Below, piece by piece: positions 29,345 to 43,145 of a stretch of DNA of 64,000 nucleotides (within the stretch, counting starts at the first letter, position 1; each line of letters begins with the position of its first letter). The stretch is from Octopus vulgaris (lineage: Eukaryota), in assembly GCA_951406725.2 (NCBI GenBank), contig OX597834.1, positions 13,268,001 to 13,332,000 of the forward strand, written 5' to 3'. The notes beneath the pieces are model-generated. The model worked only from the letters and a program-made list of their open reading frames with translations, was not told the DNA's origin and did not search any database. The translations under genes and the position numbers were made by a program.

Positions 29345-29703
29345 CTATCCGCTCAATCGAAGTCGACTCTCGGTCACTCTTTGGATCAGTGTCCTCCAGT
29401 CAGTTCTATCCTGGGCCGCTTCTTTCAGATTGGCTATGTCCATTCCGGTATTACTCTTGATGGTGTCAAGCCAGCGAGTTCTTAGTCGGCCGCTTCCCCT
29501 CTTGCCACTGACCATTCCGAGCATGATGTCCTTCTCCAGGGATCTTCTCCGCATAATATGACCGAAATATGCCAATCTATGATGAATGATCCTAGCTTCT
29601 AGCGACATTTACGGCCTTATCTGCTTAAGAAATTCTCCATTGGTGAGCCTCGCTGTCCATGGAATCCGTAAAAGTCTTCTCCAACTGCAAAGCTCGAATG
29701 CAT
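29345..29703 (-). pseudogene. RTE/BovB-like LINE 3' fragment
   Basis: AFELCSWRRLLRIPWTARLTN...RLAYFGHIMRRRSLEKDIMLGMVSGKRGSGRLRTRWLD...AAQDRTDWR, a typical BovB-like C-terminus; one in-frame stop. Confidence 0.88.
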
Positions 29704-29810
29704 TTGTATGCACAAACATAATTACAGGACATATGTGCTTGTGTGTAAGAGAGGAAAAGGGAGAGAAAGAGAGTGTGGGTACGTGTGTCTGTGTGTGTGA
29801 AAATTATGTA

Positions 29811-30025
29811 TACTCTTTTACTCTTTTACTTGTTTCATTCATTTTGACTGCGGCCATGCTGGAGCACCGCCTTTAGTCGAGCAAATCAAACCCGGGACTT
29901 ATTCTTTGTAAGCGTAGTACTTATTCTATCGGTCTCTTTTGCCGAACCGCTAGGTGACGAGGACGTAAACACACCAGCATCGGTTGTCAAGCAATGCTAG
30001 GGGGACAGACACAGCAGACACACAA

Positions 30026-30092
<67 letters not shown>

Positions 30093-30143
30093 TACGACAG
30101 GCTTCTTTCAGTTTCCGTCTACCAAATCCACTCACAAGGCATT
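29811..30143 (-). mobile_element. SINE family B, 5'-truncated
   Basis: Tail to GCCTTGTGAGTGG; abuts a mariner fragment. Confidence 0.9.
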
Positions 30144-30144
30144 A

Positions 30145-30515
30145 GGAACAAGCACAGAACCTTGGATTTGGTCCTTCACCCATTCATTGACATATACTTG
30201 CTATCGAAAAAGTCAGCAATTTGAGTCAATAGGTTCCTCACAAACATTTCGAGTCTGATCGCGTGCAGAGAGTAAATGCGTTTTCATCTTTGTTGCCATA
30301 TCTCACGAAAGATCATTCTTGGACCGAATAGTAACTAGTGGCGAAAAATGGGTCCTCCATAAAAATATTAATCACTGAAGGCGTTAGGCTGGGGGAGGAG
30401 GAAAACCGGCAACCCACGATAAAGAAGATCATCGCCCATGTAAGGTGTTGTTTTGTGTTTGGTGGGATATGAAATGTTCAATCGACTTTGAACTTTTAAA
30501 GCCAAACCAGACAGC
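30145..30515 (+). pseudogene. Mariner transposase internal fragment
   Basis: Decayed motifs (W)VPH, FLDRIVTSGEKWVL and KVLFCVWWD...FELLKPNQT. Confidence 0.82.
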
Positions 30516-30533
30516 CGCATGTAATTACATATA

Positions 30534-30613
<80 letters not shown>

Positions 30614-30618
<5 letters not shown>

Positions 30619-30975
30619 AAAAGGGACAGGCAGCAGGTTGCTTGGCCGCATACCGAAAAAGTAGACCGCCAGACTTCGTTTTCGTTTTCGTTATCGTTAT
30701 CTATTCCTTCTGTTTTGCATATGTGAATTGCAGGGTTTGTCGTGTGTGGAGCCCCACTTGTGGAAAATAGAAATAAGCATTCTTGACTGCTATTTCTACT
30801 TTTTCGGTATGCGGCCAAGCAACCTGTTTCTTGTCCCTTTTTCTTATATACTGTATATATACTGAACTTTACAGAAGTTCCTACCGTTAATCGGCTATAT
30901 TTACATACCGAATTCTACCAGTAAATAATTGTGGTCTTTTTTAAAATCCATTATAGAAATTATTTACTCTTATTA
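30614..30975. mobile_element. Foldback element in microsatellite
   Basis: 52-bp inverted arms 30614-30665 / 30795-30846; bounded by (TG)n and (TA)n. Confidence 0.6.
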
Positions 30976-31005
30976 TTATATTATATTATATATATATATA
31001 TATAT

Positions 31006-31210
31006 ACTTTATTTAAAGACAGCAGAAATATAACAAAAGCTGTCGGACAATTTTTGTTGACAAAAATTGTCAGATGAACGGGAACGTGAAACTCTGAGTA
31101 ACATCTTTTGTTATATTTCTGCTGCTTTTAAATAAAGAATATTACTCTATCTCTGGTATTTGAGTACTCTTTTGTCCTCCTTGTTTCACATTTATGTGCT
31201 TACTCCGGTA
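31006..31210 (+). mobile_element. Penelope-like foldback fragment with hammerhead-like motif at 31068-31103
   Basis: Arms 31006-31043 / 31101-31141 are inverted; motif TGT CAGATGA ACG-GGAA-CGT GAAAC-TCTGA-GTA ACA (U4>A); flanked by (TA)n. Confidence 0.6.
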
Positions 31211-31229
31211 TATATATATATACATATAT

Positions 31230-32083
31230 ACTTACGCGCATGCACATATGTATATAGATAACAGATAGATAAACGCAGAGGGAGAGACAGAAAGTTAGGT
31301 AGAAGCCCTACAAATTTGTGTTTGTGTTTGTCTGTTTGTCTGTCTGTCCGTGTGTGACGATAATGAAATTATGGTACTTGGAATTACAAATGACGTTTCA
31401 TATATATCTGTCTATGGAACGCTGGATGAAATAGTTGCATGTACTTTGAATAATAAATATGAATGAAACGGGACGTATTTATATAATAAATTCACTTTGA
31501 TAAAGTAAATACCAAATCTCAAATTTTCTATATCAGACAAGCATTTTGAATTCTCTCTTTCTTATTCTTAATGATGTTCGTTAAACAAAATTAAAGGATA
31601 AATTGACTTGATAAATATTGAATATGTAGATATCGCGTTTATTCATAGTCGCCCATTTAAAACAATTACAATGGCTGAGACAGAAACGGAAGAATTACGT
31701 CTCCTCGTATCTATACGAAATTATCCGCATGCTTTTGCAAGACTGGAATCTACTGAAACGAGCGTATTTCATTTTGGCAGACGTGCGTGATGCCACAACC
31801 GATACAAAGAAACTTCTAACGTCTGTTTGCTTTATTATGTCGGTTACAAAGCCATAGTTTGCGTGTCGTATGAATTTAGATGTGGAAAACTTTTCTTGAG
31901 TTATCCACCCACTTAAAACTGTAAAAGTTGTGGTTGTAACGCGAAGACATCATCAAGATGTTTAGGACAGACATACAGACAGACACAAAGACACAAATTT
32001 GCAGGGCTCCTACCTAAATTTTTCTCTCTCCCTCTCTGTATATCTATCTATGTATATATAAACATATGTGCATGTGTGTAAGT
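31230..32083. repeat. Diverged ~120-bp inverted repeat pair enclosing ~615 bp
   Basis: 31230-31349 versus the reverse complement of 31965-32083 (TTAGGTAG(A/G)AGCCCT(A/G)CAAATTTGTG shared). Confidence 0.7.
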
Positions 32084-32608
32084 TTAGATGGGAGCTAAAT
32101 GCTGGCGTTGCTGATGACATTGAAAAGTTTATTAAGAAAATTTCTGTGGGGACATCATACTGAAATTTTTTTGTATGTTTCTGTTTGAATTTTATTTTAC
32201 ATTTTCACCCCAAAATGCGATAATTTCACCTATTGTTTCTACCAATGAAAATTGTATATCGCAGTCTGAATTCGAAGACATTTCTGTTTTACAGGAATGA
32301 GTTCCTAAATTTTAGAAACTAATTGTGGCTCTACCTTAAGTAACAGGGGAGATGAAATTGGTTTACTCACCCCCGCGAAAATGCTGACAGTGTACTAAAA
32401 TTTTGAGCTGGTTTTGGTACATCATCAGCAATATCAGGAGAATAGGTGTTAATTCGATTATATTGATATTACCTCTTGATTATATTTATCTCACTACTAC
32501 ACTTTTGTTTACTTTGGTTAACACCGAAAGAACGAGTGGCGTCGAAATTAATCATCATCAGCGGCACAAATATATTCAGAACTTAAATTGTTGTTCCCCC
32601 CATTCGTA

Positions 32609-32741
<133 letters not shown>

Positions 32742-32811
32742 GTCTGTCTATCTATCTATCTATCTATCTATCTATATATATATATATATATGTGTGTGTG
32801 TTGTTGTTGTT

Positions 32812-33126
32812 GTTGGAGCGTCGAGCTTACGACCGTGAGGTTGTGAGTTGGAATCCCGGACCGGGCTGCGTGTTGTGTTCTTGAGCAAGACACTTTATTT
32901 CACTTTGCTCCAGTTAACTCAGCTGTAGAACTGAGTTGCACCGTCACAGGTGCCAAGCTGTATCGGCCTTTGCCTTTCTCTTGGATAACACTGGTGGCGT
33001 GGAGAGGGGAATCTGGTATGCATGGGCGACTGCTGGTCTTCCATAAACAACTTTGCCCGGACTTGTGCCTCACAGGGTAACTTTCTAGGTGCAATTCCAT
33101 GGTCAGTCATGAACGAAGGGCGTCTC
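32812..33126 (+). mobile_element. SINE family E (D-like core, different tail)
   Basis: B-box-like GAGTTGGAATCCC; core TTGTGTTCTTGAGCAAGACACTT...AACTCAGCTG shared with D; unrelated 3' 200 bp. Confidence 0.75.
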
Positions 33127-33127
33127 A

Positions 33128-33197
<70 letters not shown>

Positions 33198-33569
33198 AGA
33201 GAGAGAGAGAGAGAGAGAGAAGGAGATAGATAGATAGACAGAGAGAGAGAGATAAATACATAGCTAGGTAGATACACTCGCGCGCGCACATATATACCGA
33301 GAGAGAGACAGGCAGAAATGGAAGGTGAGAAAGACAGAGAAATATGCATACGTATCAATCATTTTGAGAGGGAAGTTGACGCAGAAGAAGGGAGTCACAT
33401 ATGTTTATGCGTACATATTTGTTTATATCAAACAATCAGTCACTCTACGTATGTATGCATGTATGTATGTATATATGTATGTATGTATGTATCTATCTAT
33501 CTATATATCTATATATATATATATCTATCTATCTATCTATCTATTTATCTATCTATCTAGCTATTGATT

Positions 33570-33657
<88 letters not shown>

Positions 33658-33661
<4 letters not shown>

Positions 33662-33790
33662 AGAGAGTTTACGAAAAAACCAAAAAGATGAACACAGGTG
33701 GTGTACAAAACAAGCAGATGTATTAGTATAACGCTCAGGAATAGAAAGAGTATTTTACGTTTCCAGCCTACGCTCTTCTACAGAAATGGA
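33658..33790 (-). mobile_element. Penelope-like terminal stub with degenerate minimal hammerhead (33752-33787)
   Basis: Minus strand ATTT CTGTAGA A-GAGC-GTAG-GCTG GAAACGTA AAAT; between TA tracts; similar stubs at 4165-4300 and 40790-40885. Confidence 0.45.
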
Positions 33791-33802
33791 GATATCTACC
33801 TA

Positions 33803-33883
<81 letters not shown>

Positions 33884-34381
33884 ACATACGTACATATGTA
33901 TAATGTTTCTATGAGTTTGAATTATGCATATAATGTATATGTGTGTGTGTGCAAATTTGCCTCCAGCCTGGCGTGGATCCAGTACCTAGCAAATAAGGGC
34001 AAATAACCTTAAAGTACTTGATTCGATATCAAACAATTATTTCAATCCACTTGATTAATCGTTAATGATGCCTCATTTCTGGCCCAAGGCCAGTTATTTT
34101 CCGGGGAGGAGCAGGTTAATTGCATTGATCCAAGTACTTGACTGCTATTTAACTTTATCGACCACGTAAATAGGAAAAGCCATGCTGACCTCATTGGGAT
34201 ATAAAATGAAATTACACAGAACCGAAAATTAACTGACGTCATTTCCTGCAGCACACCACCAATCCAGCAAAGGTGATATACTCTTCATAGCAAAAATAAT
34301 GGCCCCTGTTTTAGTGACCTCAGATAAAATTTTCCAAGGAAATCGGTTAGGTTGTATCATGCATCCAATACTTAACAGATT

Positions 34382-34930
<549 letters not shown>

Positions 34931-34984
34931 AGTAAACATTTCTAATATATATAAAATGCCTGAAATTTGGAGGAATTTGTTAAG

Positions 34985-35118
34985 TTGAATACATCAACCC
35001 CATTACTCAAGTGATATTTGAGTATGAATGTGTATGAAAGGCAAAGTCGACCTAGGTGAAGACGGACAAAATGTCGCTAAGCACTTTGTCCGGCGTCCTA
35101 CTGATTCGGCCAGCTCGA
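34985..35118 (-). mobile_element. Decayed SINE family A copy (similar decayed pieces at about 27783-27858, 34110-34260, 43178-43250, 47570-47680)
   Basis: ATGAAAGGCAAAGTCGACCT and CCGGCGTCCTACTGATTCGGCCAGCTCG remnants. Confidence 0.6.
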
Positions 35119-35242
35119 GTTTCTTTTTATATTTTTTGAACCCATGAAACGGCTACTCTAAAGGAGCTTATATTGTAGTTAAAGAAAAGCAATGGAATGA
35201 GGATTTTACGTCGGCAGTTCATTAACCTTAAACCTAAAGGTT

Positions 35243-35868
35243 AAAGAAGAAGAAGAAGAAGAAGAAGAAGAAGAAGAAGAAGAAGAAGAAGAAGCAGAAG
35301 AAGAAGAAGAAGAAGAAGAGGCGTAGAAGAAGAAGAAGAAGAAGAAGAAGAAGAAGAAGAAGAAAGACGTAGAAGAAAGTAGTAGTAGGAGGAGGAGAAG
35401 TAAAGGAGAAGTAGAGTGAAGAAATGAGGAATAGAAGAAGGTGGAGTAAGAGGAGAAGAGGAAGAAGAACAACAAGAACAGTAGCAACAAGAACGTGTAG
35501 AAAAAGCATAACAAAAACAAACAACAAAAACAACAGCAGAAGCATTAGAAGAAAAAGAAAAAGAAGAAAACGGAGAGGAAAATAGAAGAAGGAGGAGGAG
35601 GAGAATGAGAAGAAGGAGGAGGAGGAGAATGAGAAGAAGTAGGAGAGGAAGAAGAAGAAGAAGAAGAAGAAGAAGAAGAAGAAGGAGAAGAGGAAGAAGA
35701 AGAAGAGAAGAAGACGAAGAAGAGAATAAGAATAAGAAGAAGCAGCAGCGGCAGCAGCAGCAGCAGAAGAAGAAGAAGAAGAAGAAGAAGAAGAAGAAGA
35801 ACAACAACAACAACAACAACAACAACAGCAACAACAACAACACCATCAGCAACAACAACCACAACAAG
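35243..35868. repeat. Compound (AAG)/(AGG)/(CAG)/(AAC) array
   Basis: Direct reading. Confidence 0.95.
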
Positions 35869-36130
35869 GACGAATGAATGAGTGAATTTTATGGAGTCTA
35901 TCTAAACCCCGAAATCTTGTTTTAGTTGACAGTCAGCTGTGCTCAGATGATTTGTACCTATAGAACACAGTCTTATCAACAAGATACGTTACTAAAACAG
36001 TTTTTTTTTATCTATTGCATTATTAAATTATTCGGGACAGATAATAGGATTTGCATAGATATAATTCTTGTATATAGGGAACAAGGTTAAATTGATAAAT
36101 ATTATTTGCTTTTTATAAAATAGTGCATGC

Positions 36131-36384
36131 CTGCTCCTTTTTCAATCGTTATAAAAGTATCATCGTGAGAATTATAGAACTTCAACTCATCGATTCCATG
36201 AGTTCTACTAAATTTATGGGAAAGGCTGGGAATGAAGAAGATGTAAACAGATTTTGCATCATCAGTGTTTTGTGTAGCATAAAAAATATTGGTATTATGT
36301 GTATTGTACAACATAATACGATAATGGGAAAATGTAGAAGGAATATTAAAAGCAGCTCCGAGGAGATGTACCGAATTTATAAAC
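36131..36384 (-). CDS. Candidate isolated coding exon, unknown product
   Basis: Part of a 139-aa non-repetitive open frame; acceptor-like ATCATTACAG|G at 36385/36384; only a weak GC donor (CAG|GCATGC). No family recognised. Confidence 0.22.
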
Positions 36385-36702
36385 CTGTAATGATAATGAT
36401 GTTGATGATACTTATCATCAAGAAAATAAATTATTTCACAGGTGGAAGATAATAAAATCCCCGACAAGAAAAAAACTAAATAACAGGACAATGTTATACA
36501 GGTAGATATGCCTTTATGCATGTATGTATGTATGTATGTTTATGTATGTATGTATGTTTGTATGTTTGTTAGCTTGGCATGTATGTATGTTTGTTAGCTT
36601 GGCAACAAATATTTATACCCAGTAGTGCTGCCGGTGTCTCCTTCAAAGAGATTTCGAATTAATAATATTTCTAGTTTTGAAAAGCAGTTGATGTGTTCCA
36701 CA

Positions 36703-36737
<35 letters not shown>

Positions 36738-37311
36738 GTACTGGGAGAAGAAGAAGAAACGAAACGAAACGGAACGAATTGAATCGAATCGACGCGAAGG
36801 CGCTCAGTCATACAATATTGTAATAAATAAAATATATGCATACATACGTACGTATATGTACGTACCTACATCTACATGTATATATACATGCTTATATAAA
36901 TATATATACGTGAGTACAGGACACCACAAATAGAGGCAGAACTCAACGAGAACGAAAACGTAAAAATAAGCATGGAACGAACCTTTTTTTACAAAGAAAA
37001 AACAGAGTACTAGACAAACTACACAAGGAAAAATCCCCTTCATCAGCAGTCCCTAGTTCAACTCCAGCGTGTTAGGCCTCCGAACAGATAGTCAAAAGTG
37101 TCGTCTGCTAGATTCAGCTACTCAATATTGATAATGGGCAATTACCCTGTCACCGGTCTATGAAAGTTGAACCAGCAACGGAAAGCCGATGAAAATGCTA
37201 ATCAACGGTAGCATTCGTCCTATTTGGCTGGACTGCCATTATGGTTTAGCGATTAATATAAATCCCCTGTACTGCAGCCGTAGTCTCCTTTAGAGATATT
37301 TAGGAATAATA

Positions 37312-37392
<81 letters not shown>

Positions 37393-38413
37393 ATATATAT
37401 AAAAAATAAATACATATTTATATATATATAGGCATATAAATATAGACATAGTGATTTTACATACATGGGCTGCTCCCCTTCATCCAGGGAATGTATTTTT
37501 TAAAAACAGAGAGACAAAGTGTTAGAAAAGACAGTATATACATATGTGCGTGTGTGCCTCTGCGTGTGTGCACGTGCATGTATGTATATTTGAATGTATG
37601 TGTTGATATATATCCCTACCTGAATAAGTTAAGCTGTTACATCTATACGGACTCATTCAGACTTCAGTGAATAAATTTGGTAAAATATTCCAGAAGATAG
37701 GTAGATATCCATGGGTATTCCTTTGGCAACTTAACACGTAACCGAAAGTTGGAATTATACACACATATACTCAAATATTTTGTTTGAAAAATATTATACT
37801 AACGTAGGAAAATTTACATATTTTATTTCAATATATAATCCTTATCATCCAAGGCTCCGATATATATATCAAACATAAATATGTTGAAGAAAACCGAAAT
37901 TATCTGACAAACATATTCTCGGAAGTATTTAATCCTACCTTATTAATTCATTATTTACCCCATACTGTTTGGTATGAGGAATTATAAAGGCAATATTTAT
38001 CTGCAGTTAGTTGATTGTTTGTTTTCTTCCATATGCTATGTTTATAGTGGAAAATAACCATCATATATGATTGTTATACCCGGCATCCGGTGTTTTGTAC
38101 ATGTGAAACAATGATATGAATGAGTGTTCACAAGTATTAAAAAATCGTTACGAAATAATTCTAAAAGGTCATGTAATTAGATTGCATGAGATAATACGCA
38201 TGTAATTAATGTTGATAATCTTCAAGGTTAACTAGACAGAAAATAGAACTAAAAAATAATAAAGAAAAAACAACTAAAGGAAATATTAAAACCACAGTAA
38301 AAATTACTAGTTTTACCTATAAGATGTCGCCCACGGAGATTTAAAATATGTTAGCATTACATTGAAGCACATATACACGTACATATGTACACGTGCACAC
38401 TCATATACATATA

Positions 38414-38812
38414 CAGCTTGCTTACCAACCACATAGTTCCGGGTTCAGACCCACGGCGTGGCTTCTTGGGCAAGTGTCTTCTACTGTAGCCTCGGGCCGA
38501 TCAAATCCTTGTGAGTGGATTTGATAGATGTAAACTGAAATAAGCCTGACGTATATATGTATGTATATATATATATATATATATATAGGTATGTGTGTGT
38601 ATATGTTTGTGTATCTGTGTTTGTCCCTCCAACATCGGTTGTCAACCGATGCTGGTGTGTTTACCTCCCCGTAGCTTAGCGGTACGGCAAAAAAACGATG
38701 GAATAAGTACTAGGCTTACAAAGAATAAGTCTTGGAGTCGATTTGATCGACTAAAGGCGGTGCTCCAGTATTCCCACAGTCAAATGACTGAGCCAAAGAA
38801 GAGAGTAAAAAG
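38414..38812 (+). mobile_element. SINE family B
   Basis: Near full-length match; followed directly by a LINE-tail stub (38813-38870). Confidence 0.88.
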
Positions 38813-39021
38813 TATGGTGCCCCAGCATTTCCACGGCCTTCGGGCTAAAACATTTTAAAGGATTTAAGGATATATATATATATATATATATATAGTGAAA
38901 GAGAGACAGACAGTTAGATAGAGAGAAGGGGGCTGAGAAAACTGAGAAGATTATTAACACTCATCTGATCCTCTCTCATTAAATGCATTTCTGAGTATCT
39001 ATATATACCTAGGTTTGCTAT

Positions 39022-39350
39022 ATATTCGTGGCACTCAATCGGTTACGGCGACAGGGGTTCCAGTTGAGCCGATCAACGGAACAGCCTGCTCGTGAAATTA
39101 ACATGAAAGTGCCTGAGGAATCAACAGATACGTGTACCCTGAGCGACGTTAACGTAGATTGAAATGCTGGTACAACACAAACAAGAAAAGTGAGAGAAAT
39201 CTCTGGTAAGGAAAAGTACAGAAGGGTTCGCCTCGTAGAGCTAAATGTATTTTCGCTCAATAGACACTCACAAAGCCCGGTCTGTGAATCGAAACTGTTC
39301 CTATGACTGCGAGTCTGCTACCCTAGCAACTTAGCCATTGTGCCTCCACA
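39022..39350 (-). mobile_element. SINE family C, diverged
   Basis: Colinear match with several deletions. Confidence 0.8.
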
Positions 39351-39392
39351 TGCTTATACACATACATAAACGTACACACACACATACATATA

Positions 39393-39537
39393 TAATTAAG
39401 GTTTTAGCAACAAGTTGCTTAAAACATACCTAAAATTCAGAAATAGCAGCCAGAAGACAGCTAATTCTTTTAACTAGAAATATCAATCCACAGAAAACAA
39501 ATAAATATTTTCGGTATGTTGCTAAACTCTTAATTAT
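39393..39537. repeat. Short element with inverted ends in (TA)n
   Basis: AATTAAGGTTTTAGCAACA ... TGTTGCTAAACTCTTAATT inverted termini. Confidence 0.45.
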
Positions 39538-39568
39538 GTATATATATATGTATATATATATATATATG

Positions 39569-39661
<93 letters not shown>

Positions 39662-39816
39662 CGTTTTTGGATTATATGAGAGTACAGACTATTGAAAAGG
39701 GTGCAAGACGCAACGAGAATTTTAGAAAACACAATTAAGAAATAAGTGGAACTTTTACCGGTAAATGTGTAAAATAATAAGGCACTAAAAGAGAAGGACT
39801 CTCCCCAGACACAACA

Positions 39817-39847
<31 letters not shown>

Positions 39848-39851
<4 letters not shown>

Positions 39852-40204
39852 TTAGGCAATAAATCCAAACTTACAGGGAAAAGTCAGATTTAGGATTAAA
39901 TCCAATTTTATAGTAAAATATATTATATTATATTATATTAAATTAGAGATAAAACTACTATTAGGCAAATCAAACAATGAAAAACATAAGCCAATACGTA
40001 AAATTAATTAATTTATATTATTTTTAATATATATTAAAAGTATTAAAAGTTTAATAAAAGATATTTTATTAAACTTTATTATCTTTTATTAAACTTTTAA
40101 TACTTTTGAGATATATTTAAAATAATATAAATTAATTAATTTTATGTATTGGCTCATGTTTTTCATTGTTTGATTTGCCTAATAGTGGTTTTATCTCTAA
40201 TTTA

Positions 40205-40212
<8 letters not shown>
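39848..40212. mobile_element. Foldback element related to 49731-50059
   Basis: Inverted arms about 39931-40063 / 40080-40212; first ~80 bp similar to 49731-49810; embedded in (TA)n. Confidence 0.65.
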
Positions 40213-40258
<46 letters not shown>

Positions 40259-41366
40259 TACACACACACAGCTACACGTATATATACATATATATACATT
40301 TGTGAGATAAGAACTTAAAACTTAAAATTTCAACGGTGTCATCTGGAACAAATATTGAATCAGAGCAGATTTGGAGTTTCGTGCATTCCGTGTCAATAGG
40401 GAGTAAATAATTTATGGAAAGAATCGTTTATATTCATAAGCAAATGTTAAATGTTAAATCAAATGTGATAGAAATTATGGTATCGTTTGATTTCTTTTTT
40501 TTTATATTTAAGTATCACATATTTATACACTGTGTGTAAGGTATACGTGAACGGTAAGGGATCCATTTCCAAACCTCGCTGTTTTGGATAGGATGCAGAT
40601 GTTTTATGTTACGTGAATGACAGGAAGGAGGAAGAATTTTGGATTCGTGTAAGGAAGGCATTCGGATATTTTGTGGATTGTGAGGTCCAGCCTATATTAT
40701 GCATACATATATGCAAACACACACAGAGACACACAGACGCGTACAAATATGTGGGTGTGTATATATATAACATATATATATATATATTTAGTTAAACCAA
40801 ACAAGAAAGCAGAAAAAATAAACAACGGGAGGACGTGGAACAAATATAGTATTATTGGACGGTCAGGAAAGAAGGAAAGACGGACGTACACATATATTTA
40901 TGCATGTATAAATATATATATATCAAAATATGTACATACATATAAATATATATATAGTCTTAGAGTAGCGCACTTGCGCCCTTATGCTGTTTAAGCGCAA
41001 TCGCAGGCATAACAATGCTTACCTCGGTATTAAAACATATATGCATGTATACAAAAATATACAGGAACATATACACCACAGACACACACACACACACATG
41101 TGCATACAAAATCTCACCTACATGCATGCAACTATACATCCATTCATATGTAATTACAACGGTGAACCATGAGGTTAAGCCAGGCTACGCTGAATCTAAT
41201 CTGCACTAAGTAAGCCGTGACATTAATCTCTCTCTCTCTCTTGTACTTTCCCCGTTCATTATTTTTACTATATTTCTCTCGATTGTATCTCCTTCTCTTC
41301 CCTTTTCTCCCTCCGGGTCTATCCATCTCTCACTCTATCTGTCCGTCTATCTATCTATCTATCTAA

Positions 41367-41531
<165 letters not shown>

Positions 41532-41569
41532 TGTCTGTCTGTCTCAGTATCTGTCCTATCAATGTCTCT

Positions 41570-41734
41570 CTCTCCGATGTTAATGTGTTTACGTCCCCGT
41601 AACTAGCGGTCCGGAAAAGAGATCGATACAATATTTACTAGGCTTACAAAGAAGTCCTGCGGTGAATTTGTTTGACTAAACGTGGTGCTCCAGCACGAAC
41701 GGAATCAAAATAATTGAAGCAAGTAAAAGAATCA

Positions 41735-41791
<57 letters not shown>

Positions 41792-41955
41792 TATATACTG
41801 GAATACCTGTGTGGTAAGTAGCTTGCCTACTAACCACATTGTTCCGGGTTCAACCCCACTACGTGTCAGCTTGGGCAAGTGTCTTCTACTATAGCCTCGG
41901 GCCGATCAAAGACTTGTGACTGGATTTGGTAGACGGAAACTAAAAGAAACCCGTC

Positions 41956-41960
<5 letters not shown>
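41570..41960 (+). mobile_element. SINE family B pieces (3' half 41570-41735, 5' half 41800-41960)
   Basis: Diverged matches to the B tail and head, separated by (TA)n. Confidence 0.75.
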
Positions 41961-42013
<53 letters not shown>

Positions 42014-42768
42014 ACATGTATCCTGTTATAATAGCTATAAATGTATGGTGTTCCTTTATAGATGTAATATGAGGATATGTGATTAAAACAGCTTAGAAAT
42101 ACAATTAAAGTATTGACAATTGCTGCATGAATCTCATGTTCAGCCATTTTGAAAAAAAGCTCGTTGTGTGACATGAGCGTCGACACATACCATCACTCCT
42201 GATGGGGACGAACGACAACAATATACGACGGTGTGTTTGGAATTTAAAACCGAGTCTAGACGATGACTTCTATATTCAAATAAACAATTAAGAAATTCCA
42301 AACAGGGCAGAATTAAGGAATGTTTAACGGATTAAATCGACTTCAAATTCATGTTTTTATTCATTATTGGGATTAATATTTTTGTGATCACATGTCCGGA
42401 GGTCGAGTAAGTAATTTCAGGGAAAAACCGCTGTAAAGTAATTTTCTGTCTCCAACGTCAGCAATTCTCTCAAAACACCGTGTTAGTAATACTATTAATG
42501 TTTATAATAATCGTTATAGGATAAAGTGTAAAGATAATTGCTATTAAGTAAATACAGATCGATTCCGAATAACGTCAGAGGACTTGATTAAAAATAAAGA
42601 TTTGCCGGAAGGGTTCGAATCAATCTACTTTTCTGGCAGTCACCTGTTAAATGACTTACCTATTACAAATATAATTAGCAACAAAGACCGAAGAAGTAAA
42701 ATTAAATGCAATTATTAACGGATGTACTAGTTGCAAAATCGACTGTGGTTGTCGTAAGTGAGGCAAAT

Positions 42769-42810
<42 letters not shown>

Positions 42811-42937
42811 CAGTAGCAGTAGTAGTGGCAGCAGCAGCAGTAGTAGTAGTAGCAGCAGTAGTAGTTGATGTAGTAGTAGTAGTAGTAGTAGCAGCAGCAG
42901 TAGTAGTAGTAGTAGTAACATCAGCAGCAGTAGTAGC

Positions 42938-42968
<31 letters not shown>

Positions 42969-42982
42969 ACAGCAGCAGTAGC

Positions 42983-43021
<39 letters not shown>

Positions 43022-43052
43022 TGTTGTTGTAGTTGTAGTAGTAGTAGTAGTT

Positions 43053-43139
<87 letters not shown>

Positions 43140-43145
43140 GTTGTA
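42769..43145. repeat. (TAG)/(CAG) array
   Basis: Direct reading. Confidence 0.95.

Noticed and set aside
37030-37120. Minus-strand CTGATGA in a TA-bounded element
   Set aside because: No properly placed GAAA or stems; may be a Penelope remnant but cannot be supported as a ribozyme.
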